Assembly (NCBI GenBank): GCA_016779705.1
Contig: JADHNB010000004.1
Span: 1 to 44,407, forward strand
Length of the DNA: 44,407 nucleotides
Source of the DNA: Poseidonia sp.
GTDB taxonomy: Archaea > Thermoplasmatota > Poseidoniia > Poseidoniales > Poseidoniaceae
Direction: 5' to 3'
Position numbers and translations under genes: made by a program. This document shows, piece after piece, positions 26,701 through 36,000 of this stretch; the stretch's first letter is position 1, and every line of letters begins with the position of its first letter. The notes under the pieces were generated by a model. That model ran no database searches. It was not told where the DNA came from and saw only the letters and a program-made list of their open reading frames with translations.

Positions 26701-27035
26701 GATCCCGAATCGCAGGCCGCCACCGTCATGAAGGGCGTCAACGAAGCGAGGTTTGAAGCGTTGATGATGGAGGTGTGGCGGTAGACGTTGTAGGTGGCGC
26801 TGAACAAGGCGTTGAGCACGTTGATGTTGGTGGATTCCAGATTCGTCCACGTGATGGTGGTGGTTTCCGTGGCGACATCAAAGGTGGCGTTGATGTGTTG
26901 CGCTTGCAAGTTGGAGGGTGTGCCGAGGTTTGCATCGGCCGCTGAGGGGGTGACCGGCGCCAAGGCGAGCAGCATCACCGCAACGAGAAAGACGGCGCGC
27001 AAAGTTCCGTTTTGTTCAGCCGTAGGACTACCCAT
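23781..27035 (-). CDS. Large cell-surface protein: signal peptide, about 5 FN3-like and Ig-like domains, C-terminal TM, charged tail
   Basis: Repeated xxxW...Y.(V/I)(Y/W)...YY.(I/V)T pattern, GKHAITVRATDGAGN Ig motif, many N-x-S/T sequons. Confidence 0.85.
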   Translation of the reverse strand: MGSPTAEQNGTLRAVFLVAVMLLALAPVTPSAADANLGTPSNLQAQHINATFDVATETTTITWTNLESTNINVLNALFSATYNVYRHTSIINASNLASLTPFMTVAACDSGSAGGNPMNCDENAHPGHIVEYPVSPGTNGSFYYAITTSLSNGTEAAEFLFNGSHLYTPVQEITQPVQTPFIISALFDPTTSQTTLNWLNYNSIQAVHPTTGPDALQIRIWQTSYPIDRSNGVFLPITATPIAVVDATNTSYVVDIPPSTQQESYYSITYYLPNWFGAGQDYEDLRFVGQNTVGPVTEDNNPPDQPILLSAEFVPNPLDGTGYTNISWGDVAAETGETYRVYRSDQPFVTVLRNDVELVVSGILEGINSYQVQVPQGFLGYSYYCVVTVDATGVINTDTTGDSCTNAIEENAFYGWVAEPTNVHAEFIGDRTTRVTWNDQLGIEGEIYHVWYSTYRVNTGQFVENETLIYLGTVSDGVGYFDAEVPADVYRTNSFYWVTSEALYGNVNGTYHYTNLIQNYFQVPFEDTLAPNPPRIKNAYSIGSMNLVSLEWFNEDEANETYAIWRHYGAPFGEDENDLSTIESDGWESVLDTIETTVETGDTITREFTIPSDVDRNVWYAVTITDEWGNFNGEIFAGFGGNAFKVAEDTLLPNATLTVVDGDGAPYDSTTLVAGQYSLRVQVNEDLGTTPTINITTLTGGVLTNDEEPLAVLNDNRNNPNIGPLYTYDFSILANTDAGDMVVRVTMEDESSNVVVQSWGHLSIDAQLPVVNIFSPTPASDGSKYLYGNRINVLAGATDDVVITSFQYRFTYHYGGLTGSPVSTPWADLTGITDLEGNNRSLSANMEVTAGNFEAGKHAITVRATDGAGNEVQKRVEFIVDFCRNRLDGTTVCNYEEDLKPPVEPETITPGFADPPYVIVWVIAVVNLLAIVVSLMIIQVGMSGPKKKKRGDDDEDDESWMSEFIGTSQDLDMDAVTGTGAAAAPAENEEKKEEAKSAPKEDDDDPFAINIVQRKERRRKKKDEEPDDDDDDDDDDDDDDADDDDDDDDDEATKKPVRRAVGRRPAPRKAPVKRRAVKRTSDED
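23886..23957 (-). repeat. Imperfect (GAY)n trinucleotide tract encoding D14-A-D9
   Basis: 24 codons read directly: 23 GAC/GAT and one GCA. Confidence 0.95.
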
Positions 27036-27122
27036 CAACGCATATGTAGCCTTCGTCCGTTATGACTATGTCGCTTTGAGGGTGTCAAAAATCCCGATAC
27101 ACGGCCGTTTTTGAGGTCGCCA

Positions 27123-27839
27123 TCAAGCCGTGGAATCCGTTTCGTTGGTGACGTCGGGTTGAGGCAACGGGTCGGCTTGGTCCAGCGCCTGAATTTCACC
27201 GCGCGCTTGGGCAAAACGAACCAAAAACGTCCAGATGCCTCCTAGAGCAGAAATGAACACGATGAGGCTCATCGGGTTGACGTTGATGTGGTCGTAAGGG
27301 GCAGGGTAGGCGGCCGAAGTGGACCAACCGGCAATCAGCATCACGCCCATCACCACCAATGAAAGCAGGGTCAACACGGTCCGATCCGCTCGCGAGAAAC
27401 CGCGATAGTTTCGTGCACCCGCCACGGCCTGCGCTTGCGTGCCCATGTAGGAACCGAGCAGGGTCATGAACGCTGCAGCGAAACCCAAGGTGATGTCGCC
27501 CACGAAGACCGAGGCGCTGATGCAAACCACCCACGTGGCGTCGAGCAAACGGTCAATGGTGTGGTCAAGATAATCCCCCCATCGAGTGACCTCTCCTTTG
27601 GCTCGAGCAAGCGACCCGTCCAACCCGTCAAACAGCATGGCCAAGGCGATCATCAACGCACCGCCCAACAACCACCCGCCGCCTGAGGCGTTTTCGGGAG
27701 CGTACATGGCCAACACGCCGCCAGCCACGCCAAACGGCAAAGCCAGCCAGGTGATGGTGGCCGGGGAAAATCGGTGAAACGCGCGCAACACGGGTTGAAG
27801 CCCCGCTTCCCACTGGCGGCGCATCTTCTCAAGAGCCAT
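27123..27839 (-). CDS. CDP-alcohol phosphatidyltransferase (archaetidyl-inositol/glycerol phosphate synthase-like)
   Basis: DGLDGSLARAKGEVTRWGDYLDHTIDR matches DxxDGxxAR...GxxLDxxxD. Confidence 0.93.
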   Translation of the reverse strand: MALEKMRRQWEAGLQPVLRAFHRFSPATITWLALPFGVAGGVLAMYAPENASGGGWLLGGALMIALAMLFDGLDGSLARAKGEVTRWGDYLDHTIDRLLDATWVVCISASVFVGDITLGFAAAFMTLLGSYMGTQAQAVAGARNYRGFSRADRTVLTLLSLVVMGVMLIAGWSTSAAYPAPYDHINVNPMSLIVFISALGGIWTFLVRFAQARGEIQALDQADPLPQPDVTNETDSTA

Positions 27840-27888
27840 GGGGCAACCACCTGCGAAGGGGTGTTATGGTTTGTGGAGCCGTTGAGGT

Positions 27889-28440
27889 TCACGGTGGCGA
27901 TTGTTCAAGCCAATCGATGGCGCTGAGGGCGGCTTCTTCGAGGGGTTCGCTCACCAACCCGCCATCTACCCAGTCGATGACCGTAGCGAGGAGTGAGGCG
28001 GTGTCCTGAACGCCGGCATCCAATTCCAAAACGGGGACATCCAACTCAAACTCGAGCAGTTCGGACCAATGACCGGCCATCAACTCCCATTCAACGTTGG
28101 CCTGCACTTTGGAAGGCGGATAGCGACGCCCTTCCAACCGTTGGCGGAGCGTTTCGGGATGACAGCGCAACAACACCACGCCATCAACGTCAAGGAAATG
28201 GGCGAGGTGCCCGTCAACCGCATGCAGCCCCGTCTCGGGCCCTTCCCACTCGTCGGCAAGCCGGTGAATATCGATGGGAGCGGCTCCGTCCACCTCGTCC
28301 GTGTCGCCCAAACACCCGTGTTCCTCGGCCAAGGCAGCCAACGAACGGACCGCCCAACCCGCTTGCTCAAGTCGCTGGCAGAGTTGCGTTTTCCCAACGC
28401 CGGGGGTGCCGCTGACGGCGAGGAGATGGCGCTTGGTCAT
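27889..28440 (-). CDS. Adenylate kinase AK6/Fap7-type P-loop NTPase
   Basis: SGTPGVGKT, VDGHLAH, RLEGRRYPPSKVQANVE. Lies upstream of the CDP-alcohol transferase, as is common in archaea. Confidence 0.88.
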   Translation of the reverse strand: MTKRHLLAVSGTPGVGKTQLCQRLEQAGWAVRSLAALAEEHGCLGDTDEVDGAAPIDIHRLADEWEGPETGLHAVDGHLAHFLDVDGVVLLRCHPETLRQRLEGRRYPPSKVQANVEWELMAGHWSELLEFELDVPVLELDAGVQDTASLLATVIDWVDGGLVSEPLEEAALSAIDWLEQSPP

Positions 28441-28543
28441 GGCCACGGGTCGGTGGCGCTGGTATCTAAAGGGCGGCGAAGGTTCTCGGCCGCAAATCAG
28501 CAAAGGCTCCATAGCCACCCGCCTGCTCTCACCGCCTGTTCCC

Positions 28544-29293
28544 ATGTTCGGCATGCAAGACCCGTCCCAAACCCTGCTCCAAATCGAGCGGTACATGGAC
28601 GAAGGGCGGCTCGAACTGTCCGAGGTGATGGCCACGCAGTTTTGCGACCTCATGCTGTCCAACAAAAAACGGGACCCGCAACAACAAATCTTCCTCCTCA
28701 AAGGTCTGCGTTTGATGTGCGATGTTTACCTCTTGCGCAACAAAGCCGACCAGAGCATGAAGGCCATCAAACGCATGCACGGCGAGCGAAAGGCGTTGGT
28801 GAAGGTGCTTGAGAAGCATGCTCCACAGATGTTGGCCACCATGCAGCCCGAACACGAAGACCACCTTCGTGCTGGGCGATTGTTGGCGGCCGCCGGGAAG
28901 ACCAAGGCGGCGGCCAAAGCCTTTGCTCGGTGCGAAAAACTCGCTCCGGGTCACCTCGCCGCAGCGCAGGCTGCCGTGGAAGCCCAGCCGACCAAAGCGC
29001 ATGTTCAACGCTTGCTCGCAGCGATTGACGCAGCAGGGAACGTCATCTCGACCAACGGTCGCTTTGTCCTCCAACCCACGGCCTCGCCTGAGGTGGAGCT
29101 CGAGCGCGTGGTGGCCACGCTCAGCACGGCCGCATCAACCGTGAGCGGTCTGGCTTCATCATGCGAGCAAGCGGCGCAGCAACTTCAGGCCCAGCAAGCC
29201 GCCATCATGGCCGGCGAACAGGCGGCGAACGCTCGCCTTCAATCAGCGTTGGACAGCCTGCAACCAAAACACGATTACTATCAGTATGGTTGA
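28544..29293 (+). CDS. Hypothetical helical protein with TPR-like repeat
   Basis: AGRLLAAAGKTKAAAKAFARCEKLAPGH TPR-like segment. Confidence 0.7.
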   Translation: MFGMQDPSQTLLQIERYMDEGRLELSEVMATQFCDLMLSNKKRDPQQQIFLLKGLRLMCDVYLLRNKADQSMKAIKRMHGERKALVKVLEKHAPQMLATMQPEHEDHLRAGRLLAAAGKTKAAAKAFARCEKLAPGHLAAAQAAVEAQPTKAHVQRLLAAIDAAGNVISTNGRFVLQPTASPEVELERVVATLSTAASTVSGLASSCEQAAQQLQAQQAAIMAGEQAANARLQSALDSLQPKHDYYQYG

Positions 29294-29371
29294 TGGTAGC
29301 GAGGGATGGATTTGAACCATCGATCTCCGGGTTATGAGCCCGACGGGATATCCAGACTACCCCACCTCGCT
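29294..29371 (-). tRNA. tRNA-Met(CAT), initiator type, CCA encoded
   Basis: AGCGAGG...CGGG-CTCATAA-CCCG...GGTTCAAATCC...CCTCGCTACCA. A1-U72 pair and three G-C pairs in the anticodon stem. Confidence 0.95.
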
Positions 29372-29439
29372 AAACCAACGCCCACGGTTCACCGTTTTCA
29401 AACCACCGTTGATGAAATCATCCAAAAACGGGTGGTTTC

Positions 29440-30324
29440 ATGAGGAGGAAGCCCCCACCGAGTTCCATGGGAGCAGGTCAAGCCCAATCCATTGGCCTGT
29501 TCGCCGTGCTGGTCTTGGGCAGCCTCGCTGGTTGCCTCGCCCCGTTGGAGGACGACGGCAACGGACAACCCATCACCATGAACGTCCACTACGACGCCAC
29601 CTCCGGCACCATCACCGAGCGGGTACAAAACAACGCCGTCATCTCCCAAACGGGCGTTGAATTGGCGTTTGATTTCGCCAGGGTCACGTCCAAGGCCGGC
29701 GCGATGAAAACGTTCACGCTTGACCCCGGTGACGATGAGGACGGTTCCAACGCCGTCACCGTTAACGCCAACGACCAGGCCGAACTCACCTACACCTATC
29801 TCACCCACGGGTTGTTCACCGCCGTGCTCAGCGCCACGGACGAAAGCGACAACACCGCTTCCATCGACGTGACCATCCGTATCGACAAGCAGATCGATTG
29901 GACCCAAACCAACACCGACGACCCTTCCCCGATGACCCTCTCAACCGTGCCTGATTGCCGGTGCGACGCTCCAGAGAAAATCGTCATCGAATCCACCATC
30001 ACCAATCCCAACGAATTGGTTCCCGGAACGCAAGTCACGGTCACCTGGCACCTCAACGACCCCGACGGTGAACAACAAGCCTTTCACACCGAACAAATCG
30101 GAGACGGGCAAGAAGCAGCGTGGTCGCACAATCAGTACAACCTCGTTAAAGGCGCCTGGAGTTTGGAAGTCAGCATCGATTCGGGCAACGATTCCATCAA
30201 CCTTCACCACATGGTGAGCATCCTCTACGAGACCGTTGAATCGGAACCCAACCCGCTTGCGCTAGAGGACCACGATGGGGTTGCCGATTCACTTTCAGTT
30301 TCGAAAAATCAAAACGAAAAGTGA
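29440..30324 (+). CDS. Putative lipoprotein with PKD/Ig-like domain
   Basis: Hydrophobic stretch ending in LAGC lipobox; TYTYLTHGLFTAVLSATD PKD-like motif. Confidence 0.75.
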   Translation: MRRKPPPSSMGAGQAQSIGLFAVLVLGSLAGCLAPLEDDGNGQPITMNVHYDATSGTITERVQNNAVISQTGVELAFDFARVTSKAGAMKTFTLDPGDDEDGSNAVTVNANDQAELTYTYLTHGLFTAVLSATDESDNTASIDVTIRIDKQIDWTQTNTDDPSPMTLSTVPDCRCDAPEKIVIESTITNPNELVPGTQVTVTWHLNDPDGEQQAFHTEQIGDGQEAAWSHNQYNLVKGAWSLEVSIDSGNDSINLHHMVSILYETVESEPNPLALEDHDGVADSLSVSKNQNEK

Positions 30325-30405
30325 AAAAACGATTCGCTGCGAGCCACCTTCCGCTCAATGACACCTCCGCTGATGCCAGATTCACGGCGAGCCCTCCTTC
30401 GTTCG

Positions 30406-30413
30406 TTCATATA
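30406..30413 (+). promoter_or_regulatory. TATA-box candidate for radA
   Basis: TTCATATA, 44 nt upstream of the ATG. Confidence 0.5.
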
Positions 30414-30449
30414 GGGAGGGCCGATGAGATGGGGATTGAGGGATGAAGA

Positions 30450-31484
30450 ATGCCGACCAAAGCGAAAACAAACGTGAACATCGAAGTTGAAAAGAATGAA
30501 GCACCTGAGGAAGAGGTGGCTCCTCCAATGACGGAGGAAGAGGAGGTCGAACTGACCATCGAAGACCTGCCCGGTGTGGGGCCTGCTACCGCCGAGAAAC
30601 TCCGAGAAGCCGGTTTTGAGGAACTCCTTGCGCTCGCCGTGATGTCGCCCGGCGACCTGGCCGAAGAAGCTGAGCTGGGCGAAGCGGTCTCTGCTAAGAT
30701 CATCGCCGCAGCCAAGAAGATGGCCAACATTGGAGGCTTCGTTTCCGGCGATGCCTTGCTCGAGCGCCGCCGAGAGGTGCAAAAGCTCTCCTCCAAGGTG
30801 CAATCCATCGATGACCTCTTGGGCGGCGGTTTTGAAACCCAAGCCTTGGTCGAAGTGTACGGTGAATTCGGAAGCGGCAAGACCCAAATCGGCCACCAAC
30901 TCGCCGTCAACTGCACCCTGCCCGTGGACCAAGGCGGTTTGGATGGCGACGTGTTCTACATCGACACCGAAGACACCTTCCGCCCCGAGCGCATCACCCA
31001 GATGGCCCGAGGTCACGGACTTGACCCTGAATACGTGCTCTCTCGCATCCACGTCGCCCGGGCGTACAATTCCGCCCACCAGATGCTCTTGGCTGACGAG
31101 ATCAAGCGCATGAGCAAGGGGCTCAACGTCAAGATGATCATCGTTGATTCGCTGACCAGCCATTTCCGTGCTGAATTCATTGGCCGAGGCATGCTCGCAC
31201 GCCGCCAACAAAAGCTCAACAGCCACCTGAAGGACTTGAAGCAACTGGCCGATGTCAACAACGCTCTGGTGCTGGTGACCAATCAAGTGCACTCGAAACC
31301 CGATGCCATGTGGGGCGACCCCACCAAGCCGATCGGCGGTCACATTTTGGCTCACGCCAGCACCTTCCGCCTCTACCTCCGCAAGGCCAAGGGCGGCCGT
31401 CGAATCGCTCGACTGGTCGACTCGCCCAACTTGCCCGACGGTGAATGCGTCTACCAGGTCACCGAAGAAGGCCTCCGGGACTGA
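30450..31484 (+). CDS. radA: DNA repair and recombination protein RadA
   Basis: [12 protein letters not shown] Hh[35 protein letters not shown]. Confidence 0.98.
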   Translation: MPTKAKTNVNIEVEKNEAPEEEVAPPMTEEEEVELTIEDLPGVGPATAEKLREAGFEELLALAVMSPGDLAEEAELGEAVSAKIIAAAKKMANIGGFVSGDALLERRREVQKLSSKVQSIDDLLGGGFETQALVEVYGEFGSGKTQIGHQLAVNCTLPVDQGGLDGDVFYIDTEDTFRPERITQMARGHGLDPEYVLSRIHVARAYNSAHQMLLADEIKRMSKGLNVKMIIVDSLTSHFRAEFIGRGMLARRQQKLNSHLKDLKQLADVNNALVLVTNQVHSKPDAMWGDPTKPIGGHILAHASTFRLYLRKAKGGRRIARLVDSPNLPDGECVYQVTEEGLRD

Positions 31485-31572
31485 TTCGGCGCAAACGAAG
31501 CGGTTGCCAAACCGCCGGCTCGTCCAGCGAATGGTGCGGCAGGTTGAAAATGTCAACAAGGGAACTTCACCC

Positions 31573-32700
31573 ATGCGCCACCTGATTGAACGTGTCCTTG
31601 AGCTCTCCGAGGAGGAACAACGACTCCCTCCTCGCGAACCGGCACCCGACCAGGGAAGCGATGAGGAATTGCTTGCCTTGTTGGAATCGCTCCAACCGCG
31701 TATCCGTGTCTACGGTGTTGGCGGAGCGGGATGCAACGCCGTCAACCGACTGTTCGACGAGTCCTTGTTCGAATCGTCCTACGTGACGGGTTACGCCATC
31801 AACACGGACGCCCAAGCGTTGCTTCAATCGCCGATCAAGGAAAAGGTGCTCATCGGCCGTACGGCGAGAGGCCGTGGCGCAGGAGGCGACCCCACCAAGG
31901 GCGAAGCCGCCGCACTCGAATCGGAAATGGTGTTGCGCAGAATCACCAACGACACTCAACTGGCCATCATCACCGCCGGCATGGGCGGCGGTTCGGGAAC
32001 CGGTGCAGCGGGCCACATCGCCCGATTGGCGAAGGCTCAGGGCGCCCTCACCATTGCGGTGGTGACCTACCCGTTCAAGTCCGAAGGTTCGCTTCGCCGG
32101 CAAAACGCCGAATGGGGACTTGAACGCTTGAGGGAACATTGCGATACCATTTTGGTGATTCCAAACGAACGTCTGTTGGAAATTGAGGGCGTCAAGGACC
32201 TTCCCCTCGCCAGTGCCTTCAGGGTCGGTGACGAACTGTTGGTGCGCTCCATCACCGGCGTGACGGAGATGCTCAACAGCGACGGCATGGTGAACCTTGA
32301 CTTTGAGGACTTGAAAGCCATCATCAGTTCGGGTGGTGGCGTCGCCATGATCGGCCTTGGGGCCGCCAAGGGCCCAGGTCGTGCGGAGGCCGCCGTAATG
32401 GAAGCGCTCCACTCACCGCTTCTCGAAATGGACATGAGCGACGCTCGAGGCGCCCTCATCAACGTCATCGGGGGCCAAAGCTTGACGCTTGGGGAAGCCG
32501 AACGTTGCGCTCAACTCATCAGCGAACAGATTTCACCCAACGCCAAAATCATCTGGGGGGCCGACGCCAAACCTGAACACGGTGATGACCTTCGAGTGAT
32601 GGTCGTCATCACCGGCGTCAAAAGCCCGCAGATTCACGGCTCGATGGAAAACCGTCAGTTGAGAGCGTTGCGAAATCGCCAAATCGAATTCGTGAACTGA
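31573..32700 (+). CDS. ftsZ: Cell division protein FtsZ
   Basis: GVGGAGCNAV, INTDAQ, GAGGDP, GMGGGSGTG tubulin signature, NLDFED T7 loop, IIWGA. Confidence 0.95.
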   Translation: MRHLIERVLELSEEEQRLPPREPAPDQGSDEELLALLESLQPRIRVYGVGGAGCNAVNRLFDESLFESSYVTGYAINTDAQALLQSPIKEKVLIGRTARGRGAGGDPTKGEAAALESEMVLRRITNDTQLAIITAGMGGGSGTGAAGHIARLAKAQGALTIAVVTYPFKSEGSLRRQNAEWGLERLREHCDTILVIPNERLLEIEGVKDLPLASAFRVGDELLVRSITGVTEMLNSDGMVNLDFEDLKAIISSGGGVAMIGLGAAKGPGRAEAAVMEALHSPLLEMDMSDARGALINVIGGQSLTLGEAERCAQLISEQISPNAKIIWGADAKPEHGDDLRVMVVITGVKSPQIHGSMENRQLRALRNRQIEFVN

Positions 32701-33312
32701 TCACGGTCGCACGCTGTACCAAAGCAACGCGCCCAAGACCACCAAACCGGCGACGAGCAGCACGCGGTCAAGGGTGTCCACACCATCAAGACCTTCGTTG
32801 GGTATCAGGTCCCCGGAATGCTCAACGCCCGGTAACACCACCTCAAGGGTGGACCACGCATCATCGGTGTTGGCCAAATTTCCGTTGACCACGTTGCCAT
32901 GAACCGTGAACGTGGTCCGACTGGCGTTGTCCTCTGGCGAGGTCCATACAACGGTCCACGATCGATGGTGGCTTCCCGCTTCGGTATGGGTCAATCCACC
33001 TTCCAGCATCTGCATCAAGGTGGTGTTGAAGGCCAACGTTCCGTTGGAAATCACCATCCTGAAACCCCCTTGTGACCGGTTCTCCACCGGGTCTACGGTG
33101 CCCGAGACGGTCAACGTCAGGTTGTAGGACGTGTTGCCTTCATACGCTTCGGGAAGGCCGGAGAGAACCACTTTGGTGGCGTCCGCGTAGGTGTGACAAA
33201 AGCACCCGTCATTGGCTTCTCTTCCAACACCGTCCGGTCGAGAAGAGCCCAAGCCGGGCAACAGAAGCGCAACGAGGAGCACGGAGACAAGAAGCCCTCG
33301 AAACTCCCCCAT
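32701..33312 (-). CDS. Secreted, membrane-anchored Reeler-like (choice-of-anchor V-like) protein
   Basis: Signal peptide, GCFCH, P..Y....Y...L, GGF, W...W.SP, C-terminal TM. Confidence 0.7.
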   Translation of the reverse strand: MGEFRGLLVSVLLVALLLPGLGSSRPDGVGREANDGCFCHTYADATKVVLSGLPEAYEGNTSYNLTLTVSGTVDPVENRSQGGFRMVISNGTLAFNTTLMQMLEGGLTHTEAGSHHRSWTVVWTSPEDNASRTTFTVHGNVVNGNLANTDDAWSTLEVVLPGVEHSGDLIPNEGLDGVDTLDRVLLVAGLVVLGALLWYSVRP

Positions 33313-33423
33313 GCTCCCACCTCTTCGGAGGTTCCGTATGAGGGTTGCTTCATCCCAATCGGTGATGCAAGTCGGTGCATGGAAAACCCACCATTAAGTA
33401 GGATAAGCGCGACATTCTTCCTC

Positions 33424-33951
33424 ATGATGGACGGTTTTGAACTGCCTGAAGACGATGACGAAGACGTGGACATCTACGCCGCGTTGGGACTGAACACGCC
33501 CGTTGACAGCGATGCACCCCCGGTTGGGGACGTTTACGACCCGCTCGCCGCCTTCATGGATGACGAAGAGGATGCTCCGGAGTTTGAACCCTTTACCGTT
33601 CAAACGGACGAGCCCCTCGGCATGGCATCGCAGACCGTTGAAGAACTGCTGGCCACCCTCGCCCGAGAACTCCTTGATGAAGAACGGTTGATGGCTTGTT
33701 TGGACGGCGGTCATGCCGATTTAGGGAGCCTCACGATTCAACGTGACCGTGACGCCTACCACCTCTCTCTCATCATCGACATGGGCGGTGAACAGATCAA
33801 GCCGTTCGCCACCGTGGTGGCCGCCGATGATGATTGGAAACCGCTGACCGCTCCCAAAGGATTGCACGCCCGTTGGAAGCCGCTTTACGATTCGCTTTGC
33901 CAGGCCCTCACCAACGCCTTGGCCCAACAGGGTCGGCCTTCAAGCCTCTGA
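33424..33951 (+). CDS. Acidic hypothetical protein
   Basis: Fills the gap between neighbouring genes with genome-like codon usage. ATTAAGTA lies 31 nt upstream. Confidence 0.65.
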   Translation: MMDGFELPEDDDEDVDIYAALGLNTPVDSDAPPVGDVYDPLAAFMDDEEDAPEFEPFTVQTDEPLGMASQTVEELLATLARELLDEERLMACLDGGHADLGSLTIQRDRDAYHLSLIIDMGGEQIKPFATVVAADDDWKPLTAPKGLHARWKPLYDSLCQALTNALAQQGRPSSL

Positions 33952-34335
33952 GGGAGCGTGAAGTTCCACCCGCCAATCGATCGTGATGCCAGGGTCCAGC
34001 GAATTTGACACGCTGCAGTATTTTTCGTGGCTCTTTTCCACCACACGTTCAACGAGTTTCAACGGGACATCGCCCACCACATGGTAGACCATCGTCATGG
34101 ACGTAAAACGGCGAGGCGTGGTCTCCGCTCTCGTGGAATCCAACTCAACCCAGACTTTGGAGAAGGAACGCTCCTTCAACCCGACGACCACGTCCACAAG
34201 GGAACACGCACCCACCATTTGCAAGGTTAACTGCATGGGCGACGGGCCGTTTTCCCAGTCCATCTCAATTCGTTGACCGGCGGCGTTGATGCCTACCATG
34301 CCCGTGCCTTGGGTCCATTCAACGCGTCCCTGCAT
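33940..34335 (-). CDS. OsmC/YhfA family protein
   Basis: GPSPMQL...GACS...KYCSVS. Confidence 0.9.
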   Translation of the reverse strand: MQGRVEWTQGTGMVGINAAGQRIEMDWENGPSPMQLTLQMVGACSLVDVVVGLKERSFSKVWVELDSTRAETTPRRFTSMTMVYHVVGDVPLKLVERVVEKSHEKYCSVSNSLDPGITIDWRVELHAPSEA

Positions 34336-34393
34336 GGACGGAGGAGAGGCGGTTCATTCTTGAAGGAGATGCTTGTCGCTCAAAGCGAGAGAC

Positions 34394-35620
<1,227 letters not shown>

Positions 35621-35634
35621 GTGGGGATAGAGCC

Positions 35635-36000
35635 ATGTCCCGCTCCTACGACGCCCGTTGGGTCAGCATCAAGGGGGCCCAAGAACGGAAATGGTGGATT
35701 CGAGCCAAGGCCAAAATTGACACGGGAGCCAAGCGTTGCTCCATTGACCAAGGCCTCGCTGAAGCCTTGGGATTGCCCGTCGTGGGCGAAGTCAAGGTTC
35801 GAAACGCCATGGGAAGCCAGGAGCGAAACGTCGTGTTGGCCAACGTTCGCGTGGGACGCATCACCTACAAAGTTGAGATGACTGTGGCCGACCGGAGCCA
35901 GTTGAAATGCCCCATGCTGTTGGGCAAAACCTTCCTCGATGAATTGGCCAAGCAACCGCTGAAACCCAACCGAAAAGGCGGCGTGCCTCAGTTCGTTTGA
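35635..36000 (+). CDS. Retropepsin-like aspartic protease (RimK/LysX-associated family)
   Basis: AKIDTGAKRCSID and ADRSQLKCPMLLGKTFL. Confidence 0.85.
   Translation: MSRSYDARWVSIKGAQERKWWIRAKAKIDTGAKRCSIDQGLAEALGLPVVGEVKVRNAMGSQERNVVLANVRVGRITYKVEMTVADRSQLKCPMLLGKTFLDELAKQPLKPNRKGGVPQFV

Noticed and set aside
20624-29371. Integrated element between or at the two tRNAs
   Set aside because: No integrase, no duplicated tRNA 3' end seen, and the content is housekeeping or envelope genes of ordinary composition.
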